Below are positions 9,496-19,516 of a stretch of DNA of 47,637 nt, one piece after another. Made by a program: the position numbers and the translations under genes. The notes under the pieces are model-generated. The model had not been told where the DNA came from. It saw only the letters and a program-made list of their open reading frames with translations, and did not search any database. Within the stretch, counting starts at the first letter, position 1; each line of letters opens with the position of its first letter. The DNA comes from an uncultured archaeon (GTDB lineage: Archaea > Altiarchaeota > Altiarchaeia > IMC4 > SCGC-AAA252-I15): the NCBI GenBank assembly GCA_964587725.1, contig CAZPLO010000006.1, forward strand, positions 20,548 to 68,184. Reading direction: 5' to 3'.

Positions 9496-10073
9496 ATCAT
9501 CTCCAGCAGCATTTCATGGATTCTGGTGTCGGCTGTCAACTCCGGGTGGAACGCGGACGCCAGCAGATTGTCCTGCCGGGCCAACACAATCCTCCCGTCC
9601 AGTTCGCACAGGCTCTCGCATCGGCCCCATATCTTTTCAATCGCGGGGGCGCGGATGAACACGCCGTGGAATAAGCCGTCGAAGCCTTTTATGTCGAGGT
9701 CGGTTTCGAAGCTTTCGCGCTGACGGCCGAACGCGTTCCTGATGACTTTAGCGTCCATCAGCTCCAGCAGCCGCTGGCCGTCCTTCATGTTCCCACCCTC
9801 CTTCGAAAGCAACACCATGCCGGCGCACGTCCCCAACATGGGTGTGGAGCCGGCAGCCTCCTTCACCGCCTTATCCAATCCGTAGGCGTGCATGAGCCGC
9901 GACACGGTGGTGCTTTCGCCGCCCGGCAGAACAAGAGCGGACACCCCCGCAATGGCTTCGGGGGTGCGGACCGCCACGACGTCGGCGTCCAAACCCAATG
10001 CCTCCGCAGCCTTCTTCAACGCCTCCCCGTGGGCTCGAACGTCTCCTTGAACGTCCAACACGCCGACTTCCAT
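9492..10073 (-). CDS. pdxT: Pyridoxal 5'-phosphate synthase glutaminase subunit
   Basis: Start set at MEVGVLDVQG; PGGEST, GTCAG, RNAFGRQRESF, FIRAP, FHPE. Confidence 0.96.
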   Translation of the reverse strand: MEVGVLDVQGDVRAHGEALKKAAEALGLDADVVAVRTPEAIAGVSALVLPGGESTTVSRLMHAYGLDKAVKEAAGSTPMLGTCAGMVLLSKEGGNMKDGQRLLELMDAKVIRNAFGRQRESFETDLDIKGFDGLFHGVFIRAPAIEKIWGRCESLCELDGRIVLARQDNLLASAFHPELTADTRIHEMLLEMI

Positions 10074-10110
10074 AAACCGTATATAACGCGGGACACATTT
10101 ATTAATTGGG

Positions 10111-10689
10111 ATGTTAGACAGGATCGGAAAGTACATGCGGATGGGCCGGGTGAACGAGATAGCGAGGCGTTACTTCGTCATGAACGCCTTCGACGGCGCA
10201 TTCCCCATGCTGGGGATACTCGTCGGGACGTACGTGGCGGGCGTCCGGGACCCGGAGGTGGTGTTGAGCGCCGGCGTGGGAGCGGCGGTGGCCCTGGGGG
10301 TGTCGGGCGTCAGCAGCGCCTACGTGGCGGAGAAGGCCGAGCGGAAGAGGGAGCTCAGGAAACTCGAGAAGGCCATGCTTAAGAACCTGGAGAGGACGTA
10401 CCAGGCTGACGCCAGCCGGTTCGCGGTCGCCTACACCTCGATAGTGAACGGTTTAAGCCCCATGCTCACCTCTTCCATCATACTCTCGCCGTTCATGCTC
10501 GCCGGAAGGGGATTGCTGGGCGTCGAAGACGCATACGCGGTTTCCGCGGCGGTTGCGGCCGCGGTGTTCATGGGGTTGGGCGCGTACTCCGCCAGGGTGG
10601 GCGGCGAACCGATGATGAAGAACGCGTTGAAGATGCTGTTCATAGGCTTCATAGCCGCGGCAATCATAATAGCGGTTTCGGGGCTCTGA
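10111..10689 (+). CDS. VIT1/CCC1-like membrane protein (TIGR00267-like), copy 1
   Basis: IARRYFVMNAFDG, GVSGVSSAYVAEKAER, LRKLEKAML; about 5 TMs. Confidence 0.85.
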   Translation: MLDRIGKYMRMGRVNEIARRYFVMNAFDGAFPMLGILVGTYVAGVRDPEVVLSAGVGAAVALGVSGVSSAYVAEKAERKRELRKLEKAMLKNLERTYQADASRFAVAYTSIVNGLSPMLTSSIILSPFMLAGRGLLGVEDAYAVSAAVAAAVFMGLGAYSARVGGEPMMKNALKMLFIGFIAAAIIIAVSGL

Positions 10690-10717
10690 TTATTTATCCG
10701 GTCACATGCATTACTGT

Positions 10718-11308
10718 ATGATGAGGAGGCGTGTCCGCGAGTGCATCGAATACATCCGGGTCAGCAACATAGACGAGATAGCCAGGCGTTACTTCGTGAT
10801 GAACGCGTTCGACGGTGCGTTGACTATGCTCGGCATACTGGTGGGCGCTTACCTGTCCGGCAGCGAGGACACCAGGATTATCATAAGCGCGGGCATCGGC
10901 GCCAGCATAGCCATGGGGGTGTCCGGTTTCACGGGCGCCTACATGACCGAACGCGCCGAACGGATGCGGGAGCTGCGGGAGCTGGAGGACGCGATGCTGT
11001 TGGACCTCAACGGGACCATGCACGGTAAAGCCGGCCGTTTCGCGTCCGTATTCACAGCATTCGTCGACGGCATAAGCCCTGCGGTGGCGGCGTTCATAAT
11101 AATCTCGCCGTTCACATTGATAACCCAGGGGGTGCTGGACTTCGGCGGAGCCTACGCGGCGTCGATGGTTGTGACGTTGCTGATGCTGTTCGGACTCGGA
11201 GCATACCTGGCGAAGATAAGCAACGAGTCAATGCTCAGGAACGGGCTGATGATGATACTGGTGGGGATGATAACCGCTGCAGTGATATACGTGACCTCCG
11301 TTCTCTAA
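10718..11308 (+). CDS. VIT1/CCC1-like membrane protein, copy 2
   Basis: IARRYFVMNAFDG, AMGVSGFTGAYMTERAER. Start uncertain (10706, 10718 or 10721). Confidence 0.85.
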   Translation: MMRRRVRECIEYIRVSNIDEIARRYFVMNAFDGALTMLGILVGAYLSGSEDTRIIISAGIGASIAMGVSGFTGAYMTERAERMRELRELEDAMLLDLNGTMHGKAGRFASVFTAFVDGISPAVAAFIIISPFTLITQGVLDFGGAYAASMVVTLLMLFGLGAYLAKISNESMLRNGLMMILVGMITAAVIYVTSVL

Positions 11309-12102
11309 TCCAATGCGAGCTGGTAGCCCTTCATCAAATCCGTGCGGGTTATGATTCCCTCCAGCGAGTCTTTACCGTCTACAACTGGGATGCCTCCGAA
11401 GCTGCGATCCACCATCATCTTTGCTGCATCCCACGCATCCTTTTTCTTGCCTATGGTGACCGGGTTCCGAGTCATAATGTCTTCGGCGGTGAGGCATGAT
11501 GTGGGGTCAGCGGTCTGGCAGGTGTTCCGCTCCCGGAATAGCACCAGACTCAAATCCATGACGGAGATTATGCCAACCAGGGTTTCCCCGGACAAGACCA
11601 TAATCCTCTTCACACCCAGGTTTTTTATCTCGTCCACTATCTCATTCAACGGCGTGTAGTCGAACACCGTCTCGGGGTTGTAGTGCATCAAATCTCCGAC
11701 CCGGTGCCTGCCCTTCATCTCCTTCACATACAGGTGGGTGAAGTCTATCTTCGAAACCCACCCCACCACCTCGCCGTCATCCAGGACGGGCATCCGGTCT
11801 ATCAGCGTCTTCTGAGTGAGCAGACGGTCCAACGCCAGCTTCAATTCGTCGCCCGCGTCTATGGTGTCTATGTCCGCCTCCATGAAGTCGTAAACGCGCA
11901 TGGACTCCAGTGACCCGCCCGTTAGTTTGTCTATGTGGGAGACAAAGGTTTCCTTGCTTACTATCCCCTTGACGCTGTTGTCGTCGACCACCACGACGGC
12001 GCTGACGCGGCGGTCGTCCATCATGGAGCCGACTTTGTAGGCGTTGTCGTCGGGATTCACCTTCAGGACATCCTCGGACATGACGTCCCTGACCAGCATC
12101 AT
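11305..12102 (-). CDS. CBS domain protein (four CBS repeats)
   Basis: VRDVMS, VYDFME, VGDLMH, AEDIMT repeats; GII(S/T)xxD motifs. Confidence 0.9.
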   Translation of the reverse strand: MMLVRDVMSEDVLKVNPDDNAYKVGSMMDDRRVSAVVVVDDNSVKGIVSKETFVSHIDKLTGGSLESMRVYDFMEADIDTIDAGDELKLALDRLLTQKTLIDRMPVLDDGEVVGWVSKIDFTHLYVKEMKGRHRVGDLMHYNPETVFDYTPLNEIVDEIKNLGVKRIMVLSGETLVGIISVMDLSLVLFRERNTCQTADPTSCLTAEDIMTRNPVTIGKKKDAWDAAKMMVDRSFGGIPVVDGKDSLEGIITRTDLMKGYQLALD

Positions 12103-12983
12103 ACACCCCTTTCCTGCAGCCGCTCCCTGAGGTCGGCTATGTTAACCCCCTTCATCGCTTCCCCTATGCCCTTGCTGACTTCGGCGATGACATCGGGTTT
12201 GTCGTAGTGTAACGTGGCTTCGACGATTGCCTTCGCCATCACCTCGGGGTTCTCGCTCTTGAATATGCCCGACCCCACGAAGTTGCCGTCCGCGCCCAAC
12301 TGCATCATCAACGCGGCGTCCGCGGGCGTGGCTATGCCGCCGGCGCTGAAGTTCACCACAGGCATCCTCCCCTGTTTTTTGACTTCCCTGACCAGCTCGA
12401 TTGGCGACATAATCTCCTTCGCCTCCTTGTAGAGTTCGTCTTCGCCCATGCCTTTGATACGGTCTATCTCGCTCATCACCGAACGCATGTGCCTGACGGC
12501 CTCCACGACATTGCCTGTGCCAGCCTCCCCCTTGGTCCGTATCATGGCTGCGCCCTCGCTTATCCTGCGCAGTGCTTCTCCGAGGTTCCTGCACCCGCAC
12601 ACGAAGGGAACCGTGAATTTGGTCTTGTCGACGTGATTTTCCTCGTCCGCCGGCGTCAGCACCTCGCTCTCGTCTATCATGTCCACGCCCAGTTCCTGGA
12701 GAACCTGGGCTTCAACGAAATGACCTATCCTGCACTTCGCCATCACAGGAATGGTAACTGAATCAAGTATCTCCTGCACCTTCACCGGATCCGCCATCCT
12801 CGCTACTCCGCCGACTGCGCGTATGTCGGCTGGGACGCGCTCCAACGCCATCACAGCGCATGCGCCCGCGTCCTCAGCTATGCCCGCCTGCTCGGCGTTG
12901 GTGACGTCCATTACGACGCCCCGCTCCACCATCTTCGCGAACCCTTCCTTCAACCGCTTTGTGCCGTGCTTAGCCTTAGTCAT
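12099..12983 (-). CDS. pdxS: Pyridoxal 5'-phosphate synthase lyase subunit
   Basis: [53 protein letters not shown]. Confidence 0.97.
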   Translation of the reverse strand: MTKAKHGTKRLKEGFAKMVERGVVMDVTNAEQAGIAEDAGACAVMALERVPADIRAVGGVARMADPVKVQEILDSVTIPVMAKCRIGHFVEAQVLQELGVDMIDESEVLTPADEENHVDKTKFTVPFVCGCRNLGEALRRISEGAAMIRTKGEAGTGNVVEAVRHMRSVMSEIDRIKGMGEDELYKEAKEIMSPIELVREVKKQGRMPVVNFSAGGIATPADAALMMQLGADGNFVGSGIFKSENPEVMAKAIVEATLHYDKPDVIAEVSKGIGEAMKGVNIADLRERLQERGV

Positions 12984-13020
12984 CCCAAAACCACCTGGAA
13001 TAAGTATATTGATGGGGATA

Positions 13021-13707
13021 TTATAAACGCCTGTAAACCTCCAGAATTTCCTCCGGTGACATTCCCCCAGGCCTCATCTCACGGTACTCTTCTGGGGCGT
13101 CGAGTATGTTGCCTACTTTCTTGTTTTTCCTGCTGAAAAGCTTCTTGAGGTATGCGGGGTAGTCCTGCGGCGGACGCCACCGCTGCGTCAGCCGGATAAC
13201 CGCGCTAGACACCTTAGGCTGAGGCCGGAACGCCTGCGGCGGAACATCCCGCAACACTTCAATGTCGCAGGTGCTTTGGGCTAGGGCGGATATCATCCGG
13301 TAATCCTCACCGCCGGGCGCAGCCAACAGTTTTTCGGCGAACTCCCGCTGCACCACCAACACCGCCAGCTCGAAGCCTTCGAGTATGAACTTCTCCACCA
13401 GTTTCCTGCTGACACTGTACGGGATGTTCGACACAATCTTGCTGTATATCGGGTACTCCATCCTGGTGGCGTCCCCCCGCACTAGTTCCACGTTAGGGTT
13501 GCGGGAGAATTTCTTCACCAGGGTCTTGAACAGTGCCTCGTCTTTTTCGACCGCAGTCACCTTCACCTGCGCGGCTATTTTCTCTGTCAGGTTTCCTGAG
13601 CCCGCGCCCACATCCAGCACCGCATCCCCCGGCTTCAAACCCGCGTATCCGACGATGTCGTCCAGCAAGGCGTCGTCTACCATGAACCGCTGGTCACGGG
13701 AGGCCAT
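13021..13707 (-). CDS. rsmA: 16S rRNA adenine dimethyltransferase (KsgA/Dim1)
   Basis: Start set at MASRDQRF; [31 protein letters not shown]. Confidence 0.9.
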   Translation of the reverse strand: MASRDQRFMVDDALLDDIVGYAGLKPGDAVLDVGAGSGNLTEKIAAQVKVTAVEKDEALFKTLVKKFSRNPNVELVRGDATRMEYPIYSKIVSNIPYSVSRKLVEKFILEGFELAVLVVQREFAEKLLAAPGGEDYRMISALAQSTCDIEVLRDVPPQAFRPQPKVSSAVIRLTQRWRPPQDYPAYLKKLFSRKNKKVGNILDAPEEYREMRPGGMSPEEILEVYRRL

Positions 13708-13751
13708 GTTATTTAACTTCAAATCCAAAGGCTTAAATACGGGGGGTAGGG

Positions 13752-14492
13752 ATGCCTTGGACCAGCGAATACTTGGAGGTGGTGAGGTCCCTGGACCTCA
13801 ACATGGCAGAGGATGCCAGAGCCACCAGGATACTCGACCGGATGATAGGGGAAAACGACACCGGCAGACTGGAAAAGCTCATCCGCGGCCGCCCGGTGGT
13901 AATATACGGGTGCGGGCCCAGCCTGGAGAACGACCTCAACAAGATATGGGAGGAGGACGTCCACAAGAGGGTGGTGCATGTGGCAGTGGACGGGGCGGTG
14001 AAGGCGCTGCTCCAGTACAAGATCGTGCCTCACGTGAACGTCACCGACCTCGACGGCGACATCAAATCCATCCTACTGGCGAACAGATACGGGTGCGTGA
14101 CCATGGTCCACGCCCACGCAGACAACATAAAAAACCTGGTCAAGTACGTGCCTCAGCTGGAGGGGACGGTATATGGGACCACCCACTCCGAACCCTTCGG
14201 GAAAATACGCAACTACGGGGGTTTCACCGACGGCGACCGCGCAGTCCACATAGTCGAACACTTCAAGCCCCGGTTCATCGTATTGGCGGGCATGGACTTC
14301 GGCCACGTCATAGGCGTGTACGCGGGCGAATACGACCCGGTGAAGAAGCCGCGGGGGCTGCGGGTGGGGAAGATGCTGGTGGAGAACGTCGCATCACACA
14401 AGAGAACAAGGTTCTTCAACGTCACCTCCAGCGGGGAGAACATTAAAAACGTCCAGCACATAACCATGGACCGGCTGAAACAGCTTGTCTGA
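13752..14492 (+). CDS. mptE: 6-hydroxymethyl-7,8-dihydropterin pyrophosphokinase, MptE/DUF115 family
   Basis: GCGPSL, AVDGA, VTDLDG, VHAHADN, GGFTDGDRA, LAGMDF. Confidence 0.88.
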   Translation: MPWTSEYLEVVRSLDLNMAEDARATRILDRMIGENDTGRLEKLIRGRPVVIYGCGPSLENDLNKIWEEDVHKRVVHVAVDGAVKALLQYKIVPHVNVTDLDGDIKSILLANRYGCVTMVHAHADNIKNLVKYVPQLEGTVYGTTHSEPFGKIRNYGGFTDGDRAVHIVEHFKPRFIVLAGMDFGHVIGVYAGEYDPVKKPRGLRVGKMLVENVASHKRTRFFNVTSSGENIKNVQHITMDRLKQLV

Positions 14493-14527
14493 GCTATTTA
14501 ATATACCACATACATAATTAACGGAAG

Positions 14528-15241
14528 ATGCCTGAGCAGCTTAAAACAGGCGTTAAAGGCCTGGACGAGATTCTCGTGGGCGGCGTACCCGACGGTCACG
14601 TGGTGTTGCTGGCGGGCAGCTGCGGCACCGGAAAGACCGTGTTATGCCATCAGTTCCTTTTCCAGGGCGCCGCCGAAGGCGAGAATGGAATATACATTTC
14701 ACTGGTGGAGCCGCGGAACAAGATAATCAAGAACCTGCAGGGCTTCCAGTTCTTCGACGAGAAGCTGGTGGAGCAGGGGAAGGTGAGCATAGTCGACATG
14801 ACCCAAGACGCCCGCCTCAAGGGCATAGACTTCAGCAACGTCGAAGGCCTGATAGGCATAATACGCGGCGTCATCGAAGACAACGACGCCAAACGCGTGG
14901 TCATAGACAGCATCACCGCGTTGTGCGAGAACCTGAACGAAAGCGGGAGGATACGGGACTTCATATTCGAATTAGGGTTCCAGCTCATGTACCTGGAATG
15001 CACGACAGTCATGATTTCAGAGATACCTCCGCAGACATTCAAGTACAGCATGTTCGGGGTGGAGGAGTTCATATCCGACGGCGTCATACTGTTAAGCGAG
15101 TTCGAACGCAAGGGCGAGCTCATCCGCGCACTGCAGGTAATCAAGATGCGGGGCATAGCCCACAGCCGCAACAAGCACGTGATGAAGATACTGGACGAGG
15201 GCGTGAACCTGATACCCATGTTCAAGGCGGGGGTTGATTGA
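14528..15241 (+). CDS. KaiC-like/RAD55 family single-domain ATPase
   Basis: KTGVKGLDEIL, GSCGTGKT, RVVIDSIT, GVEEFISDGVI, QVIKMRG. Confidence 0.92.
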   Translation: MPEQLKTGVKGLDEILVGGVPDGHVVLLAGSCGTGKTVLCHQFLFQGAAEGENGIYISLVEPRNKIIKNLQGFQFFDEKLVEQGKVSIVDMTQDARLKGIDFSNVEGLIGIIRGVIEDNDAKRVVIDSITALCENLNESGRIRDFIFELGFQLMYLECTTVMISEIPPQTFKYSMFGVEEFISDGVILLSEFERKGELIRALQVIKMRGIAHSRNKHVMKILDEGVNLIPMFKAGVD

Positions 15242-16404
15242 TGGCCGACGGCGAACGGATAGAGGAGCTGCTGGACTACCTCCCCGAGGACGAGAAAATA
15301 GTTTCAAATTACAAGATAGGTTTCTACGACGTCGTCACCACGACCGAACGCCTGATTTGTTTGAAGAAGTTCCCCCGCTCCTTCGTGGAAGTCAGCTACG
15401 GGGACATAGACAACCTCGAGCACCTCACCCGCATCCTGTGGAGGGAGCTGTTGGATGCGGTGATACTGCTGGGGGTGTCGTTGTTCATCTACTTCAACGA
15501 CATGGGCAAACCCTTCATAGAACCCATTGAGAGCATACTCAGCAAATACCTGCCGGAGGTGGCGAACCTGGTTCCCGTGGAATTGCTGGTTCAGGCGGTG
15601 ATGTCCGTAACCGCGGTGGTGGGCCTATACCATTTCATACGGTTCATACCGTCGCTGCAGGGCTACTTCCGTATTTCAAGGAAGGGCCGGGCGCCGGTGA
15701 TAATACACACCAGCCTCACCCCGCAGCTGAAGAACCTGATACGTGAGATTGAAGAACGTGTTAGAGAGAAGGGTAAGGAGGCTGGGAAGCCCATCGTCAT
15801 ACAGACGGGGGCGCCGCAGGAGGAGGCCAAGAGCCCTGAGGAAGCTGTTAAGAGCAAGCTGGCGGCGGAGGCAGGGGGGATGAAGGAGAACGCCGTAATA
15901 CTGATTTCGTCTAAGAGCAAGGACCACGGAGTCGTCGTATCCAACATGCTCGACATACTCGTGAACGAGAAGGACATGGGGGGCATATACATCAGCGTTT
16001 CGCGGCCGTACGAGTTCATCGTGTCCATGATGAAGGAGAAGAGCATCTCATCGGACGACATCTACTTCGTGGACTGCATCAGCCAGATGGCAGGTAAAGC
16101 GCATGACAAACCGGACGAGAACGTGGTGTTCGTGGAGAACCCCAGCAGCCTCGAAGAGGTCAGCCTCTACCTGGACCGGATGCTGGGGAAGGTGAAGAAC
16201 GAGAAAAAGTTCCTGTTCCTCGACTCGTTGAGCAGCCTGCTGATATACAACAACGACAAGAGCGTTAAAGAATTTACGCACTTCATCATCAACAAAATCC
16301 GCCTGGAAAACATCGCCGGCGTCATACTCAGCATAGAGAAGAAGGAGGCCGAAGACCTGGTCAGGACATTAACGCCAATGTGCGACGCAGAAATACGCTT
16401 CTGA
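15241..16404 (+). CDS. Membrane protein: PH-like N-terminus, two TMs, C-terminal degenerate RecA/KaiC-like domain (DUF835/DUF7504-like)
   Basis: VVTTTERLI; two hydrophobic helices; C-terminal GIYISVSRP, IYFVDCIS, FLFLDSLSSLLIYN with no Walker A. Confidence 0.75.
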   Translation: MADGERIEELLDYLPEDEKIVSNYKIGFYDVVTTTERLICLKKFPRSFVEVSYGDIDNLEHLTRILWRELLDAVILLGVSLFIYFNDMGKPFIEPIESILSKYLPEVANLVPVELLVQAVMSVTAVVGLYHFIRFIPSLQGYFRISRKGRAPVIIHTSLTPQLKNLIREIEERVREKGKEAGKPIVIQTGAPQEEAKSPEEAVKSKLAAEAGGMKENAVILISSKSKDHGVVVSNMLDILVNEKDMGGIYISVSRPYEFIVSMMKEKSISSDDIYFVDCISQMAGKAHDKPDENVVFVENPSSLEEVSLYLDRMLGKVKNEKKFLFLDSLSSLLIYNNDKSVKEFTHFIINKIRLENIAGVILSIEKKEAEDLVRTLTPMCDAEIRF

Positions 16405-16406
16405 AG

Positions 16407-17126
16407 ATGAAGAACGCCGCGGTAGTGTTGACCGTGATATTGCTCGGCTGCATAGGCCAGACCACGACTACGCCGACGACCGTGACAACATCTTCGACAA
16501 TCACTACTTCAACATCTTCCTCAACCTCCTCCACCACGACCTCAACCAGTCTAGCTCCGCTTCCAGAATGCGATTCATTGAACGCGAGCTTCTGGCGCGC
16601 ATTATGCCATGACGACCACGCCTACGAAGTGGATGACATCAGATACTGTGGGACAGTCTACTGTCTGGCGAAGTTCAACGGATACGGCGTCTGCGAGAAC
16701 CTGATGCTGGACTCCACAGACTGGGTTACACGCAAGCTGAAGGCTTGTGAGGCCTGGGCTGCGGGGACGCCGTTCAGATGCGACCACATCATGTACAGTG
16801 GAGCGTGCATCAGATGGTATGCTCTGCTCCAGAACAACCTAACACTCTGCATGGGCGCCGAAAACAATCCGGGAGACGATTGCCTGCTCGAGTTCGCGTT
16901 CTGGCGCGGCAGCCCCGAAGTCTGCATGGAATACAACACGCTGTTGAACCGCCGGGAATGCATGAACGAAGTCTACAGGATGATGGCGTACGACAACCGC
17001 AACCCCATATACTGCAACGGAATGATAGCGGGTAGGACGCGAAACGACTGCATCCAGACCGCTGAAGCGGAAATAACCGAAGGCCACCCCCTGTATGGGG
17101 TGGACGCTCAACTGAACCGCGTATGA
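16407..17126 (+). CDS. Putative lipoprotein with Thr/Ser linker and Cys-rich repeats
   Basis: Start set at MKNAAVV; lipobox-like LLGC; ~30 aa T/S tract; regularly spaced Cys. Confidence 0.75.
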   Translation: MKNAAVVLTVILLGCIGQTTTTPTTVTTSSTITTSTSSSTSSTTTSTSLAPLPECDSLNASFWRALCHDDHAYEVDDIRYCGTVYCLAKFNGYGVCENLMLDSTDWVTRKLKACEAWAAGTPFRCDHIMYSGACIRWYALLQNNLTLCMGAENNPGDDCLLEFAFWRGSPEVCMEYNTLLNRRECMNEVYRMMAYDNRNPIYCNGMIAGRTRNDCIQTAEAEITEGHPLYGVDAQLNRV

Positions 17127-17596
17127 GTGAAGGGGTTGTAGACCCCGGGCTGACACCAGTCCTCTGGAAGGTTGAGGTTCTGGCCTCCGCATCCCTCGTT
17201 GCCGCTAGCCACCGTCGGCGCACACTCCACCGGCACGCACACGTCCTCCGAGTTCAGCACACACCCGGGGTCGCATTCGCCTGCGCATGGCAACTGATAG
17301 GGGCCGCCACACAACGTCGTCGTAGTGGACGTGTTGGTTGTGGACGTCGTCGACGTAGTAGTGGATGTGGTTGTGGTCGAATCCAACGTTGAAGTGGTTG
17401 AAGTCGACGTGGTGGACGAGGTCGAAGTCGTGGACGAGGTTGTTGTGGTAGTGAGGAAAGAGCAGGTGGCTATGCCTCCGAATACTACCGTTACGACGGC
17501 GAAAATCAGTATCACAGCCAGAAACAACTGGAAACGGGTTGACATCCGACCGCTTTCCTCCACTTCGAGTCCGGATACCCCGCCAAGCCGGCTCAT
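17108..17596 (-). CDS. Membrane-anchored Thr/Ser-rich protein with Cys-rich C-terminal domain
   Basis: One TM, ~45 aa T/S tract, then CGGPYQLPCAGECDPGC...CVPVEC...GCGG...WC. Confidence 0.7.
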   Translation of the reverse strand: MSRLGGVSGLEVEESGRMSTRFQLFLAVILIFAVVTVVFGGIATCSFLTTTTTSSTTSTSSTTSTSTTSTLDSTTTTSTTTSTTSTTNTSTTTTLCGGPYQLPCAGECDPGCVLNSEDVCVPVECAPTVASGNEGCGGQNLNLPEDWCQPGVYNPFTHTRFS

Positions 17597-17612
17597 GCCA
17601 ACAGAATAACGG

Positions 17613-18878
17613 TCACCGCAGCTCCTTCCTGCCGTTCACGTGCGGCCGCAGCTTCTTCGGCACTTCGACGCCGCCGTTTTCCCGCTGATAGTTCTCCAGT
17701 ATCAGGCGCAGCATCCTCGAGGTAGCGACCATGGTGCTGTTCAATGTGTGCACGTACTCGTTTCCTTCGCCGCCGCGGAAGCGGATGTTAAGCCGCGTAG
17801 CCTGATAGGAGGTGCAGTTGCTGCAGCTCATCAACTCGATGTATTCTCCTTCCCGGGGGCTCCAGCCCTCCAAATCGTATTTCTTGGCGGCAACGGTTCC
17901 TATGTCGCCGGTGCACACGTTCACAACCCTATACGGTATTTCAAGAGCCTTCATCAGCGCCTCCGCGTTCCCAATCAACTCCTCATGGAACCCCCAGCTA
18001 TCCTCTGGCCGGCTGAATATGAACTGCTCTATCTTGTTGAACTGGTGCACCCGGAACAGCCCCCGCTCGTCCAACCCGTGCTTCCCTATTTCACGGCGGA
18101 AGCACGCGCTGACGCCCGCGTACTTCACCGGCAGCTCCTCCAGTATCTCGTCCATGTGCATGGCCGCAATCGGGTGCTCGCTGGTGGCTATCAGGTACAG
18201 GTCTTCGCCGTCGACCTTGTACATGACGTCCTCGAAGTCCCCGAGGTCGGTGACACCCTCATACGGTTTCCGCCGCACCATGTATGGCGGCTCCACCACC
18301 GTGTAGCCGCGCTCCACCAGCATGTCCAACGCCATCCTCTGCAGTCCTATGTCCAGCAACGCCAGGTCGCCTTTCAGGAAGTAGAATCCTGCGCCGGATA
18401 TCTTAACCGCACGTTCGAAATCAGCGACTCCCAAGTCGGCAGCCAACTGACCGTGGTGTTTCAGTTCGAAACCGAATTCCTTCTTCTCACCCCACTCCCG
18501 CACCAACACGTTGTCTTCCTCCCCCTCACCGACGGGGACACTTTCGTGCAGCACGTTGGGGAACCGCATCAGATAATACTCAGTCTTCTCACGGAGGCCC
18601 TGCATCTCCTCCTCCACGGACTTGATTTTGTCCGGGAGGGATTTCGCCTCCACCACCAAAGACTTAATGTCTTCCCCGGAGCTCTTGGACTTTTTTATCC
18701 GCTCCGTCAGGGTGTTCCTTTGATGCCGGAGCCCGTCCGCTTCGCGCTTAAGCTCCCGCCACCTCGAATCCTCCTCTATGAAGTCGGACACCCACTTAAG
18801 TTTTTCTTCGTCGCCGCGCCTCCTCAAATCGGCTTCAACGACGTCGGGATGCTCCCTGACATAAGATGGATCCAGCAT
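17613..18878 (-). CDS. serS: Serine--tRNA ligase (standard type)
   Basis: N-terminal coiled coil, LIATSEHP, CFRREIG, GLFRVHQFNKIEQF, ELMSCSNC, HTLNST. Confidence 0.97.
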   Translation of the reverse strand: MLDPSYVREHPDVVEADLRRRGDEEKLKWVSDFIEEDSRWRELKREADGLRHQRNTLTERIKKSKSSGEDIKSLVVEAKSLPDKIKSVEEEMQGLREKTEYYLMRFPNVLHESVPVGEGEEDNVLVREWGEKKEFGFELKHHGQLAADLGVADFERAVKISGAGFYFLKGDLALLDIGLQRMALDMLVERGYTVVEPPYMVRRKPYEGVTDLGDFEDVMYKVDGEDLYLIATSEHPIAAMHMDEILEELPVKYAGVSACFRREIGKHGLDERGLFRVHQFNKIEQFIFSRPEDSWGFHEELIGNAEALMKALEIPYRVVNVCTGDIGTVAAKKYDLEGWSPREGEYIELMSCSNCTSYQATRLNIRFRGGEGNEYVHTLNSTMVATSRMLRLILENYQRENGGVEVPKKLRPHVNGRKELR

Positions 18879-18908
18879 ATGTAGAATTACGATAAAGCGG
18901 TTAAAAGG

Positions 18909-19454
18909 CTATGGCGCGCAGTCCTGGCAGAGCAGGCGGCCGTCGTAGTTGCTCAAATTTTCGCTGTAGTTCTCACAGCTCTCGCATATTCCGGAGACCG
19001 TGCCCTCCGACGCGGCGCTGGCTTCGCTCAGCCTCCAGGTATACTGTTCGCGGATGAGGGTGTGCAGGGCGGGCTCCATCTTCACGATGTCGAACTCGCT
19101 TATCACGCCTATTATCTTGTCGCCTTCAGCAACCACCAGGCGGCGGATGTTGCGGTCCCTCATTATGCGGGCTGCCTCGTCGATTTCCGTGTCCGGTTTT
19201 ATGGTAATCAGAGGGGAAGTCATGACGTCCTTGACCATCATGTCCCGGGGGTTCTTGCTCTCAGCCACTACCTTGCATATGATGTCCCTTTCGGTGACGA
19301 TGCCGATGCCGTCGCCCTTCTTGGTCACGATGACCGAGCTGATGTCGTTCTTCTTCATAACCTCCGCGGCCTCCTGCACCGTGTCCTCTGCATCAACGCA
19401 TATTACGCCGCGGGTCATCGCGTCCCCGACGTTTATCTCCTCGACTTCAGCCAT
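18909..19454 (-). CDS. CBS domain protein with C-terminal zinc ribbon
   Basis: CBS pair, then GICESC...LLCQDC. Confidence 0.9.
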   Translation of the reverse strand: MAEVEEINVGDAMTRGVICVDAEDTVQEAAEVMKKNDISSVIVTKKGDGIGIVTERDIICKVVAESKNPRDMMVKDVMTSPLITIKPDTEIDEAARIMRDRNIRRLVVAEGDKIIGVISEFDIVKMEPALHTLIREQYTWRLSEASAASEGTVSGICESCENYSENLSNYDGRLLCQDCAP

Positions 19455-19516
19455 GTTTTCACCGATAACATATTAAGGGTGTTTAGTCTAAATACACTCT
19501 CACTACTGGTTTAAAT

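Noticed and set aside
4751-15241. Circadian clock (kaiABC) interpretation of the two KaiC-like genes
   Set aside because: Both are single-domain with EEF at the position of the CII phosphosites, and no kaiA or kaiB is visible.
16458-17455. Thr/Ser codon runs as a tandem repeat or CRISPR array
   Set aside because: Low-complexity coding sequence with no constant repeat-spacer period.
17640-18884. 414 aa ORF antisense to serS, and similar long antisense ORFs (1086-1925, 26712-27638, 29842-30771, 34770-35732)
   Set aside because: Shadow ORFs expected opposite GC-rich genes with biased codon use; no motifs, and the opposite strand encodes a clear conserved protein.
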